Positions 49,346 through 63,035 of a stretch of DNA of 64,000 nt are shown piece after piece. The position numbers and the translations under genes were made by a program. The DNA is from Leucoraja ocellata (lineage: Eukaryota): contig JAWMAR010000081.1 in the NCBI GenBank assembly GCA_036785375.1, forward strand, positions 7,564,001 to 7,628,000, read 5' to 3'. Positions within the stretch are counted from its first letter, which is position 1. The number at the start of each line of letters is the position of its first letter. A model generated the notes under the pieces. The model made no database searches and was not told the DNA's origin. It worked only from the letters and a program-made list of their open reading frames with translations.

Positions 49346-50762
49346 AAGAAAGGTGTTAAATGCGTCATAGAGTCATAGAGTGATATAGTGTGGAAACAGG
49401 CCCTTCGGCCCAACTTGCCCACACCGGCTAACATGTCCTAGTTACACTAGTCCCACGTGCCTTGGATAGGTAGTAGGTAGTAGTACATTACATTACTTAG
49501 ATAGGTAGATAGGTAGTAGTACATTACAAGCAAAATAAGAGATAAAGGTTTAATTTGATATGTTGAAAAAATATGTGAATTAATTAACAAGAGAAGGAAT
49601 CTTGCCAAGAGAAGAAATCTTCCAACAATCTGATTTACATTGTGAAAGATTTATCCCCATAATTTTGTTGGGTTCTTGAAGGTGCTAATTCAGAGCTTTT
49701 GTATTTCTAATTGGTTTGTTACCATGTTATTAATGCTGAAACTCTGCCACTAACCTCATTTCCCTCCGGGGAGGAATAAAGTTCTATTGTATCGTATATT
49801 TATTTATGTTGAACAAATAGAGATCTCATGAGAAAAAGAGACTAATTAATCTACCTTGCATATCTCCATCTTAAACGAGCTCTTCCCAAACTGCTTTCGT
49901 GATTAATTCTGTTAGACAGGTTTAAGCAATTTTATTGCATTTAAAGACTGGATTATCTGAACAACATTAAAATTCCAGTGTTTGCTTCTCCATATCAATG
50001 TCAGAAATGTAGACATCTACTAGTGGAACAGCCCTGGAACAAGAAAATTGAATTATCTTGTGGATTCATAAGTCTTAATCATTGATTCATCTCTTCCCTA
50101 AACTGTAGCAATATTGCCAAGTGCTCAATGACGGAATGCAATGGAAATGATTCAAGGCTGTCTCACACTCAAGCTGGCTTCTTTTTTTAATGCAACCTCA
50201 TCCGTTCCATTGCCCATTGACTCCAGAGAGTGGTAGACACTGCCTGGTCTGTTTTTAAGTAAACTGATCTGTTTTGTAGTAAATGCCTACTATGTTCTGT
50301 GTGCTGAAGCAAAGCAAGAATTTCATTGTCCTATCAGGGACACATGACAATAAACTCACTTGAAGTTGAACTTGGTCCACCACAGGTACTAATCTCCCCA
50401 GCATCAAAAAGATCTAGAGGAGGCGTTGCCCCAAAAAACAGTTGGACAATACCCAAGGAAACATCCTTTCTTTATATTGTCATATCTTTTCAAATTATCG
50501 GAGGTCACTTTAAAACCAAATCTCTGACTAAATAATGCAATACATTAGTCGAAACAAAGAACTGCAGATGCTGGTTGCTGGATGCAATGCATTATCTTTT
50601 TTTCAATAAAGAAGAATGCAGGTTATTCATTTTTTGAGAACATAACTGACAGATCTTCTTCTGAAATGTCCACATTCATAAACAACAAAGGCAGGCTGAT
50701 TTCATTGCCTCGTCCAGGGAGGTTGAGAGATTTTTGTTTCAATCAATGGCAAAAAGAAAACT

Positions 50763-50792
50763 TTATTATTATTATTATTATTATTATTATTG
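50763..50792. repeat. (ATT)n microsatellite
   Basis: Direct reading. Confidence 0.9.
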
Positions 50793-51579
50793 TTATATGA
50801 TTATTATCACTTCTAGCTTTGCTGTGAAGCAAATGAAGTAAGGCTATTACAGTGACAATATATGGTTTGAATCTGGCCTAAAAGGTTGTCCAGAATTGCC
50901 CAGGAACCTGGACAGGAATAACCACAATGAACGATATTAAGTTCAAACAGAACAGATTCTTTATTTTGCTGTTCCTATCCTTCTAATAATTTGATAGCAG
51001 CTGTTAGATGAGAGAAAACCACTCCAACGTGTGGGTAGTGTGGTAAGAAAGGCACGGCTTCACAGATACACAACCTCGTCTTTTTAATTCAAATTGATTT
51101 TGGCAATTTGACAAAGTGAACATTACAAATATGTTTTCTCTGTGACCTGTGTCTAGGCATGTACTGTACAAAGGTCTGGGAGTAGGCACATTAAGGATTT
51201 TTTTATGGTGTGAACTACTGATTATGTAAAGATCCAAGTAGCTGCTTAATCTACCACATTCCAAATATTTAATTCAATTATTCAATTTAATTCACATTCA
51301 ATTATTTCTCCCTTTTTTTTGTTGTAAATTTCACTGTCTAGAACACGATTTAGAAATGATGGCGGTAATGAGAAAATGATTCAGAAATAAAGGAGCAGTG
51401 TGGTTACAGTGACTGGAAATATATGGACTCTTCTCGATGCTGTCAAAGTTTAAATCCAAACCTATATTGGTATCCAAGCTTGGCATAACCTGCAGCACAA
51501 ATTTGCCAATGTTAATGCAGTTCCTAAAGAAAGGAAGGCTGACTTTAAGAATGCTTGCAGCATGGATGGAGGTGATTTA

Positions 51580-51935
51580 GAATGGAATGGAATGGAATAC
51601 TTTATTGTCATATGTGACTAGGCACAGTTAAATAATTTGCTTGCATACCCAAGGTATGCAAATAGTCGCCACATATAGGGCGCTTACAAAGTTACAAAGT
51701 ACGCCAGCTCCCCCTTTGTTCTCCATCCCCCCCTCCTCCACAGCGGGCCCCCAGGCCGGGTCCCCATTGTCCATTGTTCTTCCCCCTCCCTCACTCCGGT
51801 CCCTCCACACGTTGGTTCCCCCATGCTCTCATTGACCACTGACCGCGGGTCGACCTGTGTGACTTCACCACCACCGCAGCCACTGTTTCACCACTGAGAC
51901 TTCACCGCTGACGAGCCCCCACCGCTGCCGAGACC
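51580..51935 (-). mobile_element. Non-autonomous element with Rex1-like tail
   Basis: (gaatg)n + tttattgtca on +; the same tail occurs on + at 56165-56280. Confidence 0.6.
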
Positions 51936-52374
51936 CTTTAAATCTATATTAGCTAATTCTAAGGGCAACCCAACTAGTTTTGCTCCCCATAGCCCACAAA
52001 TTATTTCATTTCATATATTTATCCAAGTCCCCGTTGAACATTGATGGGTCGAATGGTCTAATTCTGCTTCTGGAATTTATTATAATTGAATCTGCCTCCA
52101 CCACAGTTCTTGGCCCTGGATACCAGACCCTGACCACTTGCTGTGTTTCCTTGAAAGACCATCTTCCCTTTGTATTACTTTTGATTCGTTTTTTTTTTGC
52201 CAATCGCCCTCATCCTATGTTCTTTGGCCTTTGAACCTCTTGACAATGGGAACAGTTCATCTCTATCTAGTCCATCAGATCTTCTCCATCCATCATCCTT
52301 TCTACATCTGCTTGAAAGAAAAACACAAATTTGGAAACTTTCAGCAGATCAGACAACATCTGTGAAAAGAGAAA

Positions 52375-52920
52375 GTATTGTATTGTATTGTATTGTATTC
52401 AAATTTATTGTCATTGTCTCAATTTGAGACAACAAAATGAATTTCCCTTACAGGCAGTATCATAAAAAAATCACAAAAAAATAATAAAAATAAATAATAA
52501 ATAAATAATACAACATATTAAAAATAAAATTGAAATTGAATTAAAAATTTAAAAATTTAAAAAAAAAAGCACAAACACAGAAAGTCCACGACACAACATA
52601 ACATAAATGGCACCAAGGTGAGGATGGCACCATAGTCCAGCCAGCCTCCCCTCCATGTTCATCCGTGGTCGGGGCCTTCCGAGCACCCGCAGTCGCCGCC
52701 CCGGGTGGCCCGATGTTCAGGCCCTCACGCCGGGCTGGTGGAACGCCGACGCCGAACCCCGACGGTGAGCATCCTCCTCCTCAGCGGCCCAGACCTTCTG
52801 ATCAGCCGCCTCCCGCAGCCGGAGTCCGCAGCTCCCGAGTCCACAGGTCGAGCCGGGCAGTCACAGGACCCCGCGCTGTCCATCAGCGCCGCCCGCGTTG
52901 GGAACTCCGCAAACCGCAAA
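52375..52920 (-). mobile_element. GC-rich non-autonomous element with Rex1-like tail
   Basis: (gtatt)n + tttattgtcattgtc on +; CpG-rich body 52640-52920. Confidence 0.6.
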
Positions 52921-53109
52921 GAAAGTTAACCTTTCATGGTGAAGACTCTTCATCAGCACGGGGAAATATATCTTTGAAGGCTATTACTACCTGTCACTAT
53001 CATGCCACCTGCAAATGTGGAAACTATACCCTGTGACTCTCAAATCCAAGTAATTAGTGCATCTTATGAAACCATGAACCATCTTCAGGGACACTTTACT
53101 ATTTTACCA

Positions 53110-53457
53110 CTTTACAAATAGTGAAAGGCCTGGATAGAGTGGAAGTGAATAGGATGTTTCCACTAGTGGGAGAGTCTAGGACCAGAGGCCATATCCTCAG
53201 GATAAAAGGACGTACCTTTAGAAAGGCGATGAGGAGGAATTTATTTCATCAGAGGGTGGTGAATGTGGAATTCATTGTCAAATCAATGGATATTTTCAAG
53301 GTGTAGATTGATAGATTCTTGATTAGTAAGGGTGTCAGGGGTTATGGGGAAAAGGCAGGGGATTGAGGTTGAGAAGGAAAGATTGATCAGCCATGATTAA
53401 ACATTGGAGTAGACTTGATGAGCCGAATGGCCTAAATCTGCTCCTATAACTTATGAA
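53110..53457 (+). mobile_element. CR1 3' fragment
   Basis: KGLDRVEVNRMFPLVGESRTRGH...RVVN. Confidence 0.85.
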
Positions 53458-53499
53458 ATACATATTTCCAGTCTGAAAAACAACCTTTCTCTCCCCTTT

Positions 53500-55810
53500 T
53501 CTGCTGTTATTCAGCTGAGTTTCAATCCATGGTGCTACAGATTCCTTTATTCCACAGCCTTCAATCTTGATGACAAGGTTATTTTAGAGCACTTCATCAA
53601 ATGCCTTTTAGAAGACCATTTATACCACATCAACCACAGTTCCTTCATTGATCATTTTTGTTACTTCATCAAAAAACTCTTCCAACTCTTTCATGATTTA
53701 AAAAAAAAAAAATCGATGCTAACTTTCTTCATTGAAGTGACTATGAATTCTGTTCCTGGTTGGCGTTTCTAGAAATTGCAGGTTTTTTGGTTACTAGGTT
53801 TGCCTCTAACCCCTTTTTGAACAAGAGCATAACAGTCGTAATTTTTCCGTTCTTAAAAATCACCTCTGAGTCGATTGACGATTGGAAGATTATGGCCAAA
53901 GTATCTTTATCTTCCACCTTACTTCTCTCAGCAGCCTCATATGCATGTCACTTATCCACTTTAAATGCAGTTAACATTTCTATTACCTTTCCTTTATCAA
54001 TGTTTGGCTCGGAGAACCTCAACCGTATTTTGTTTGGTGAGACTCCAACAGTATTTTCTTCCTTGGTGAAGACTGATGCAAAATGCTCATTTACTGCCAC
54101 AGCCATGTTCTCTACCTTCATAAATAGGTTTTGCTTCAGGTGTTTGATCGACTAAAACTCTGCCCATACAATCCTTCATCTGTTTGGAAGCCTGAAGAAT
54201 ATTTTTCAATTCCCTTTTATGTTGCTGTCAGTCTTTCCTCAAGCTCTTTGTTTGCCTCTAATTTATTTTTATCTCTTCGTCCCTGAACATTCTGTACTCT
54301 GCCTGGTTCACAAGTACACCAGCATCTATCATGTTCCTTTTCTCCAGATTTATTATACTTTCTAGCATTTTGCTCACCTGGGAAGCTTTGGCTTTACTTC
54401 CCCAATCTTCCTCTTTCTAGAGACGAGTTAAGAGTGTTTTATTGTCATATGTCTCAGATAAAACAATGACATTCTTACTTGCAGCAGCACAACAGAATAT
54501 GTAAACATAGTACACTGTCAAAGATACAACTAACAAGAAAAAAAAGTTCAGTGTGTTTATATATACACACACTGACACACACACACGCACATGCACACAC
54601 ACACACACACACACACGTACATATAACCACACACACATACGGACACACATAAAATGCAAAAAATAATGGTAATAGTCTATGTAGTTCAGAGCTTTATGTA
54701 GGTTATAGTGTTTAATAGCCTAATGGCTGTATGGAAGAAGCTGTTCCTGAACCTGGACAATACAGTTTTCAGGCTCCTGTACCTTCTTCCCGATGGCAGG
54801 GGTGAAATCAGAATGTAAGACTGCAGCTGATACATTTCTACCTTAAGAGCCTCTCATTGTTTAGTTACAGTTTTGCCAACCAACATTGGTTCCAGTTTTC
54901 CTGGGACGGATCTATTCCCAGCTCTTTGATATTTGTGTTTCTCTGGTTGACTATTTTTATCCTGGCATGGTCCGTTTGTTCCCTCTTCTAACTTCATATC
55001 GCCACGAGCAATTCTTCACAGATGTTCTCCCATTGAATCTTGATCCCACCGTTCTGATTCACTTCCCAGAACCAATTCCTGCAATATCTTCCTCTGCATT
55101 GGGCCAGAAAGGTATTGATCAAAAATGTTCCCCTGGACACACTTGCTATCTGGTCTGTATTAAAATAGTTACTTTTATCTATAAATTTTCTATAAATTAT
55201 GTGTTCAATTTCTTTCCAATTAGCTGGTGGCCCGTGGCATAGTACCAGTAGTTTAGCTTAGTTTAGTTTAGAGATACTGCACGGAACAGGCCATTCTGCC
55301 CACTGAGTCTGCGCTGATTAGTGAGCACCCCGTACACTAGCACTATCACACACACTAGGGAAAATATACAATTTGCAGAAGCCAAATTAACCTACAAACG
55401 TGTACGTCTTTGGAGCGTGGGAGGAAACCGGGGCACTTGGAGAAAATCCACGCGGTCACAGGGGACATGAACAAACTCCGTACATAGAGCACTCGTGGTC
55501 AGGATCGAACCCGGGTCTCTGGCGCTGTTAGGCAGCAACTCTACCGCTGTGCCACCATGCCATTAAATTGTACCTCTATTGTTTCTTAACTTTAAACAGT
55601 TGGATTCTATCCAGAATGTCCTCTATTTCTCTCTCTCTCTCCAGCACAAAAATATATACCTTCACCAGTGTTGCCACATGCCTCTGTTGTTCCTGAACTG
55701 ATTGTATCGAGGAATGGTTAAAGCTTGTTCCGAACCTTTTCTAAGTCAGCTTCTCTCTTAGTGACACAACAGTGTAATTCCCTGGACTAATTATGCCTGC
55801 AACTCATGAG
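53500..55810 (-). mobile_element. Ancient CR1 ORF2 (APE endonuclease to RT), interrupted by Rex1 (54425-54810) and V-SINE (55250-55562)
   Basis: Minus-strand relics VDVV...KAFD (about 53595-53635) and DQY...P....LVLG.E (about 55060-55130); many stops. Confidence 0.55.
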
Positions 55811-55854
55811 CATTCTGAATAATAGACCCTGGAACCAGAACTACTAAGAGTTAA

Positions 55855-56160
55855 AGACCTGTCCCACTGTACGAGTTCATTTAAAAGCTCTCCCGAGTTT
55901 AAAAAAAAATCAAACTCGTGGAAGCACGCAGAATGTACGTAACGGGTACGTCGGAGCTCAGGGACGTCTCTTAGCGGCTCGTAAAGCTAACGGCAGGTAC
56001 TCGGGAAACGCGGTAAGCTCGGGACGACTCGTGAAGATTTTTCAACATGTTGAAAATGTCCTTGAGAGCCCCGTGTACCTACGAGCGGCCATTACCGTAA
56101 ATCTCCAAGTTTGAATCAGGGCAAACTCGGGAGAATGGACTTGTACAGTGGGACAGGGCT
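55855..56160. mobile_element. MITE (PIF/Harbinger-like)
   Basis: TIR agacctgtcccactgtacgag / cttgtacagtgggacagggct, with TTAA on both sides. Confidence 0.85.
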
Positions 56161-56889
56161 TTAACTTTGTAACTTTGTCAGCAACCTTTACGTGGTGACT
56201 ATTTGCATACCTTGGGTATGTAAGCAAAGAATTTTCACTGTGACTTGTCACATCAAACAATAAAGTATTAAATTAAATTTAATCAATCAATTCAATTTAC
56301 TCAAATTATTTTCCTCCATGACTTCAGAAAGGATAAAGGGAGTATTGAACATTAAAGTCTCTCACTTATGTAAAGTGGGCAATTTGGGTGGAGTGTTAAA
56401 ATCAGGACAAATCTTACCTCACCCCCTTTAATCCCCTTGGCTCCTGATATTAACCTATTCTTTGAGCAGTATCTGCAAGAAGGAAGGGGGAGACCCACTG
56501 TTAAGATAGTGATTCTAATCTACTGTAGTCTTGATAAAATATTTAGAAAATCTTTTATCTTCCTGTGAGAGAAAGGAGCTAGATGACTTTTTTGAAATTA
56601 CAACGCTAGCCATGAGTAACATCATGAATTATTTCAATACGATTTGCAAAATAGTGTTCAATGCTGCTAAACAAATTAGAGAAGTGAACTCACTGTAACG
56701 TTAAACAATGATGAAGGAATAACTATTGACTAATGGGAATCAGCCAATGTGCATTTGTGAAGCACTGTTGCAGATGACAAAAATCGAAGATTTATTTACA
56801 GTTGTGCTGATTTGAATGTAAATGTAAGCTGATTCATAAATTTCCAAGTGACATGGAAATTGGTAGAGTTCTGTACAGTAGGCAAAGTT

Positions 56890-57935
56890 GACAAAGTGTA
56901 CAGCAAGGTATAGATCAGTTGGAAATTTGGCCGGAGAAATGGTAGTTGGAGTTTAATCTGGATAAGTATGAGGTGATGCATTTTGCGAAGTCAAATACAA
57001 GAGGAAAGTATACAGTAAATGACAGGAACCCTAACAGTGTGGCTGTATAGAGGGATTTAGGGGTGCAAGTCCATAGCTCCCTGAAAGTGGGAACATAAGT
57101 GGATAGGATGATCAAGGTATGGGGCATGATTGCCTTCATTGGTTGGGACATCAGGTATAAAAGTAAGCAAGTTATATTACAGCTGTATAAAACTTTGATT
57201 GGGCCACATTTGGATATTTTGTGTGGTTCTGATCACAATTGCAAGGATGTGGAACAGGTTTACCAGGATATTACCTAGATTAGAATGTATTACCCATAAC
57301 GCTTACCACCAGATTCAGGTACAGTTTCTTCCCAGCTGTTATCAGGCAACTGAATCATCCTACCACAACCATTGTGCAGTGCTGAACTATCTACCTCTGA
57401 TGACCCACGGACTATCCTTGATCGGACTTTGCTGGCTTTACCTTGCACTAATCATGTTCCAGTATCATGTATTTATACATTGTAAATGGACCGATTGTAA
57501 TCATGTATTGTCTTTCTGTCGACTGGTTAGCATGCAACAAAAGCTTTTCACTGTACCTTGGTACACGTGACAATAAAGTAAACTATAAGGAGTGGTTGGA
57601 TAAACTTTTTCTCTGTATTCTTTGGAGTGTTAAAAGCTGAGGGAAAGTATATAAAATTGGAGAGATGTAGATTGTAGTATTTTTCCCCAGGGTGTAACCG
57701 TTAAATACAAAATGGCTTTAAGGTGAGAAGAGTACAGTTTAAATGAGATTTGTGAGGCTATATTTTTACACGGAGAAGTGAAGGTGGTTGCCAGGGGAGG
57801 TGATGCAAGCATATACGATAGCAACATTAAAGAGGCATTTAGGCAGATACATGAATAGGACAGAGTGGAGAGAAATGGATCATATGCAGCCAGTTGTAGT
57901 TAGTTAGATTGGCTCCATGGTGGCCTGAAGGGCAT
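56890..57935 (+). mobile_element. Degraded CR1 with nested Rex1 3' end (57300-57585)
   Basis: gagggatttaggggtgcaagtccatagctccctgaaagtgg; nested ttcttcccagctgttatcaggcaactgaatcatcc...gtgacaataaa. Confidence 0.75.
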
Positions 57936-59210
57936 GCTATGTGGTGTCCTATGTTATATCATTGTGTTTCTCTCTGGCTACAGTTATGGATGGAAACAGA
58001 GAAGTGCACCAATGGAAGAAAGGTTTACCCATTCTGTATCTCTCACAAGAGAAACCATTTTGAATACTAATGGCAGAATGGTTAGATGTTCTCCAGAGTG
58101 CATGAATAAACATTGTCTCCATTTGCATGAAATAAATAACCGAGCAATAAAATAATGTTTGGGGTCGAATGATTTTTAAACTAAATGTAGCATAATATTT
58201 GTTGTTGTTTCCACTCTGATCTCTGCTCTGACTGACATCAGATAAGAGGATGGTGGTTAAAAACAGAAATCTTTCAAAATAAATGTTTGATTAGATCATC
58301 AGCTTTGCTGCTTAGATATAGATAAGTATAGCTTATTTATCTTGGGACAGATGGTTGAGGCTTCCAGCATGTCCCAGCCTGTAGCATTGACAGTTTGTGT
58401 TCAGCTAAGAAACTTGCTTTGCTTTAGATGCATGTTGTTAAAGTAGCCTTCTGATGATGCCAATAGAGGAAAAATATTATAAATCTGAAGGAACTGAGTG
58501 AACCCTGCACCATTCCTAATGAGTTTACTGACATCCATTCAAACATTAACCAGACCTTCTGTGGTATTCATCAAAATAATATCAATCCTGACCAAATTGC
58601 ACGGAATATTCTTCCCTTATATAATCTGGAATGATCCTGACTATATCTGGTGCACTGCACCCACATTGCCAAGTTTCTTTAGGCACAGTAAGGTAGAATT
58701 CCCTTTGTATTGCTTAAGTAGAGAGATTATACTGAATTATATATTTTAAGGTAACAAGGAACAGAAACTTTCTGTAGCAACTTTAGCATGTTGAAATATC
58801 TCACGCGCCAAATACAAACTACTGGTCAGGCAGCATCTGTGGAGGGAAATGGACAGATGGTAGAAGGCCAGCAGAGTTTGTACAAGAGCCGGAGAGGTAT
58901 TAGAGATGGGAGAAAGGGAAAGAGTCAGGGAGGCGCGGACTCCTTGCCAAGGAAATAAGCATGAAGGTGGAGGCACTGGAAAAAGTGTTCAACATCATGA
59001 CGGGCTTGGCATTAATTGAGATGAGGTGCAGGGATACAGTGGTAATGTCTCTGCTGAGAATAGACTGCTCAACATCAGGAAGGAGTAGGTCATGGAGGAT
59101 GGTGAAGACTTGGCAGAGGTTGGGGTGGGGGCAGAAATGAGATTGGAGGAGGGAAGTAATGTGGGGGTGGGGGGGGGGGGGGGGGGCGTAGGGAGGACTT
59201 AGGAGAGGTA

Positions 59211-59732
59211 AGGGCCTGTCGCACTTTCACGACTTAATCCAAAACCTCTGCCGAGTTTAAAGGACCTTAAAAAAAAATCAAGATTTTGGTAATCTACGAA
59301 CTCCTACGACCTTCCACGAATATGCTCACGAACTGGAGTGACAGAGGTCACGAGCTGATGTTGACTTAAGCTTTTTTTTTCACTCACCTTTTTTTTCTGT
59401 CCAGCTGCCGAGCTACGAGTACCCACGAATATCTACGAGCACCCACGACTACCTACGACTACTCTTACCGCCTACTACGGTCTGCCCACGAACTAACTAC
59501 GAGTAAAAAGTCGCAATTTCTTTCATCCCGACAATTTTTTTACTCGTGGACATTTTACTCGTGAAAAAAAGTCCTGACTTGCCTGATGCCCCGAGTACCT
59601 ATGGCCAGCATAATGAGCCGCTACGATATATCTACGAACTGATACGGCCTTGTTACGAACATTCTGCGAGTTTGATCAGGGGAAAACGCGGGAGAATTCG
59701 TGAATTACCTCGTGAAAGTGGGACAGAGCCCT
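59211..59732. mobile_element. MITE (PIF/Harbinger-like), related to 55855-56160
   Basis: TIR gggcctgtcgcactttcacga / tcgtgaaagtgggacagagccc; shared subterminal blocks; internal ctacga repeats. Confidence 0.82.
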
Positions 59733-60475
59733 GTACTCTGCTGAGTGGAGGGGAGCTCAGAGGAGAGAGGAGAGCGAGGGCTGGTGCTATCTCAACAGGC
59801 TTCATGAGAACATCGCAAATCAAAATTTATCACGATCCTTTAAAAAATGCTTTAAGAAAGGGGTTTGGCAAAGATATATGTTTTCATAAATCTAAAAGGA
59901 AAAGGGAAAAACAGTGGAGAGGTTTATGGCGTTAAAGTTAAAGGCTGAGCCACATGAAGGCATGGCTGACAACTAGGTTTGAAAATTATGTTTTATCATT
60001 GTTTTTTTTAGCTCTGGCTTGTTCCTGATGCATTTCCTGTTTCTATCTGTTTCTTTATCAGCTCATGTTTCACTTATATTTCACTTCTGCGGCTCCACAC
60101 CAATCTGGAGACAGTTTCTTTTCCAAGGGGATTCTATGTAAACATTATTTACTAAAACAGGCTATCCACCAAAGATCTTGCCTGGAGACTACTCACAGGA
60201 GTAATTAAGTTTTTAGTTTCTTGACCGATTGCAATAAAATATTCAGCAGTAAAATACTTTAAAAAAGGGACATTGTTTAAATGGCTAATAAAGTATGATT
60301 ATGATTAAGATTATTAAACAAAATTTTAATATATGTTATACATAAAATGTTCGCCAGATTCTTGGTAATTTATGAAGTTCATCGGCCAAAATAAATGAGT
60401 AGCATTTTGTGTGGTGATGAATGAAGTGACTTCTGTTGGAGTTATTGCATTGTTTTTTAAATGAATCGGTGCTAA

Positions 60476-61665
60476 TGTAAATAGCTGGTTCGAAGCTTCC
60501 CCCAGTCTAGTTTCAGTCAATTAGATACTGAGTCAAGCACTTGCGCAACTAAACTTTATTTTGGAAAACACAAATAACAGTTCCCCACTACTATACGAAC
60601 CACCGCGGGTTCGATCCTTGTATCTGCTTGGCCAAAACCTTCTAGCCTCGTGCAAGCAGAGACACTCCAAAAGGTCACACAGTCCCAAGCGTTCTTCCAG
60701 AAGATCGACATCGGACCTCATGGGAGGTACCTTTTATAGGTCCCTGAACCTTGAGGGGCCGAACCATATGGGGGTGGTCTCTATACAGTACAATAACAGA
60801 TATCGATTAACACAGTACATGATAGACATTTCCCTAACCCAATAAAACAGTGACTAATACAATGTACCTGACAAAGTTTCTAGATGCAAGTTAACAAAGA
60901 TGAATTATGCAACATGTGCCTGGAAATTCAAGAAACCCAGACAAGGCTCAACACTTAACCCAATCAACATCTAGCAAAGTAAAGCTTTGCAGCATTATTT
61001 ACAATGTGTATATCTGGTTTGCATTCACCCAATCCATTTCATGCAATTTACACCTTAGGAATTGTAGGAATCTGCAGATGTCCCATTTTTCCCCCCAACT
61101 CTTATCTGGGCCACAGACAAACTGTACAATTCAGCAGCTTGTCCCAGTTCTGCAAAAGGCACATTAAATTGACCCAATGGCCTAGCAACACAAAAGCCTT
61201 TACTCAATTTTAGTGTCCTGGCAGCTCCAATTTGGCCAGAAGTAACATTCCTTCCTTTTATCATATATGATAAACCATCATTTATGATAACCAAATAATC
61301 AGATAATCAGATAACCAGATATACATATGTGTGACTATTACATTATCCATCTTTTAACAACAAGATGATGATATTTCCTCTCAGAATCTTATCAAGCTTC
61401 CCGAGTTTTCGTGGGCATAGCTTTGCAATTTCCGTCTGATGAGTCTTCATCTCCCGAGTTTTCGTGGGCGCAAATTCCCTCCATCTGTGTTGTTGCCCAT
61501 TCTTCCATCCCTTTCCATAGTCGAACCTATAACCTATAATTCCTGAAAATCTTGGGACAATTAAATTAAAAAAAGGCACATTTAAATTGACCCAATGGCC
61601 TAGAAGCACAGAAGCCTTTACTCAATATTAGTCTCCTGGCAGCTCCAATTTGGCCAGAATTAACA
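60476..61665 (-). mobile_element. Solo LTR (ERV1/Gypsy-type, 4-bp TSD)
   Basis: TG...CA termini; CTAA TSD at 60472-60475 and 61666-61669; minus-strand TATAAAA (60732-60738) then AATAAA (60555-60560) in U3-R-U5 order. Confidence 0.8.
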
Positions 61666-62774
61666 CTAATATGCACCTCCATTGCCACCCCTTCCTGTAT
61701 AAAGAAATATTTATTTACATTCCCCACGCATTACTCATGTTAACAATTAGCGCTCTAAAATGCATTTGTGTGTCCTCTCATACTGCAATGCTCAGCTGCA
61801 AAAAGTTTGAGTGTCAATGTCACTGTTGATTTAACTACAAGAGAGCAAAATGGAAGTGAGATGGATGTTTAGAGAGAGAATTAAATGAATCAGGGTGAGT
61901 ATTCAGTGAACATATTACAGCTGTCTTTCTTAATCAGTTTTGATATGTTGATTTAAATTCAAGGTTGCTCTAAGGTTTGTTTCCCTTGGTTGGGTGGTCA
62001 ATAATTAAAAGATGGTATAAGGGAATGGAAAGAAAGATTGGATGGGAATTGTGAAAAGCTTTGTTTAACCAAAGTGGTAAAGGTCTGCATTAACAGGGTC
62101 TCAGTACATTGAAAGAGTATCCAGATGAACCCATCATGGAATATACGTTACATGGTGTGTATGGTGATTCCGATTTAGGAAATGCCGAAATAATGCTTCT
62201 TTATCGGGTATGGATGTGATTGGCTTTGATAGCCCATTCAATCTGTAACTTCTTATGATTCTATGAATGTTTTGCTCTACAGGGGAATAGGATATGATTT
62301 TTATTCCAGTTATGAGATGGTAGATTCATTTTGATCGAGTTGGCATTGAGAGAGATGTTCCATTTGTGCTGCCAGGAATAGACAGCAACTGTTCAAGGTG
62401 TCATGACAACTGTCCAGTGGATGTTGGGTCCCTTCCCTCACTTTTACTGATAAAATACCTGCCATTCATCTTCTATCCATTCCACAGACTCAGACGACAC
62501 CTTTAGATGTAACTTTTATAGGCTGCATCAAGAGAGAAATGTATTCCAGTCAATGGGCACTCAGCGTTTGTGGGGCGGTATTCTTGCAAGTCCGCACTGT
62601 ACGTAATTGCTTCCTGAGAAATCTCTATTGGGCTGCCCATGGATTCATGTTGAGGGCATTTCCAGTTGACGGATAAATCTGGGGGTAGTGAGCAATGCAA
62701 TCTATACCGACATAATCCAATCACTTTATAACTGTAGCTGATTCACACTCTCTACCACTATAGAGCATTCATAG

Positions 62775-63035
62775 TTTAGTTTTGTTTGGATACAGCACGG
62801 AAACAGGCCACTCGGCCCAGCTTGTCCGCTCCAACCTGTGATCCCCACGCATTAACACTATCCTACACACACTAGGGATAATAGGAGACCAAAGATCTCA
62901 GAGAAAACCCACGCGGTCATGGGGAGAATGTACAAATTCCATACAGAGGGCACTCGTAGTCAGGATCAAACCAAGGTCTCTGCGGTGCAAGCTCTGTAAG
63001 GCAGCAACTCTACCGCTACGCCATCGTGCCGCCGC
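62775..63035 (-). mobile_element. HE1-like V-SINE
   Basis: Tail, partial V-domain and tRNA head. Confidence 0.82.

Noticed and set aside
59790-59815. GFMR peptide resembling the missing GART exon (LAGFMRIL)
   Set aside because: Context is ISTGFMRTSQ with no flanking similarity or splice sites; chance match
61712-61719. Alternative LTR end tatttaca, a perfect inverted match to tgtaaata
   Set aside because: No target-site duplication there, whereas the 61665 end gives an exact CTAA TSD
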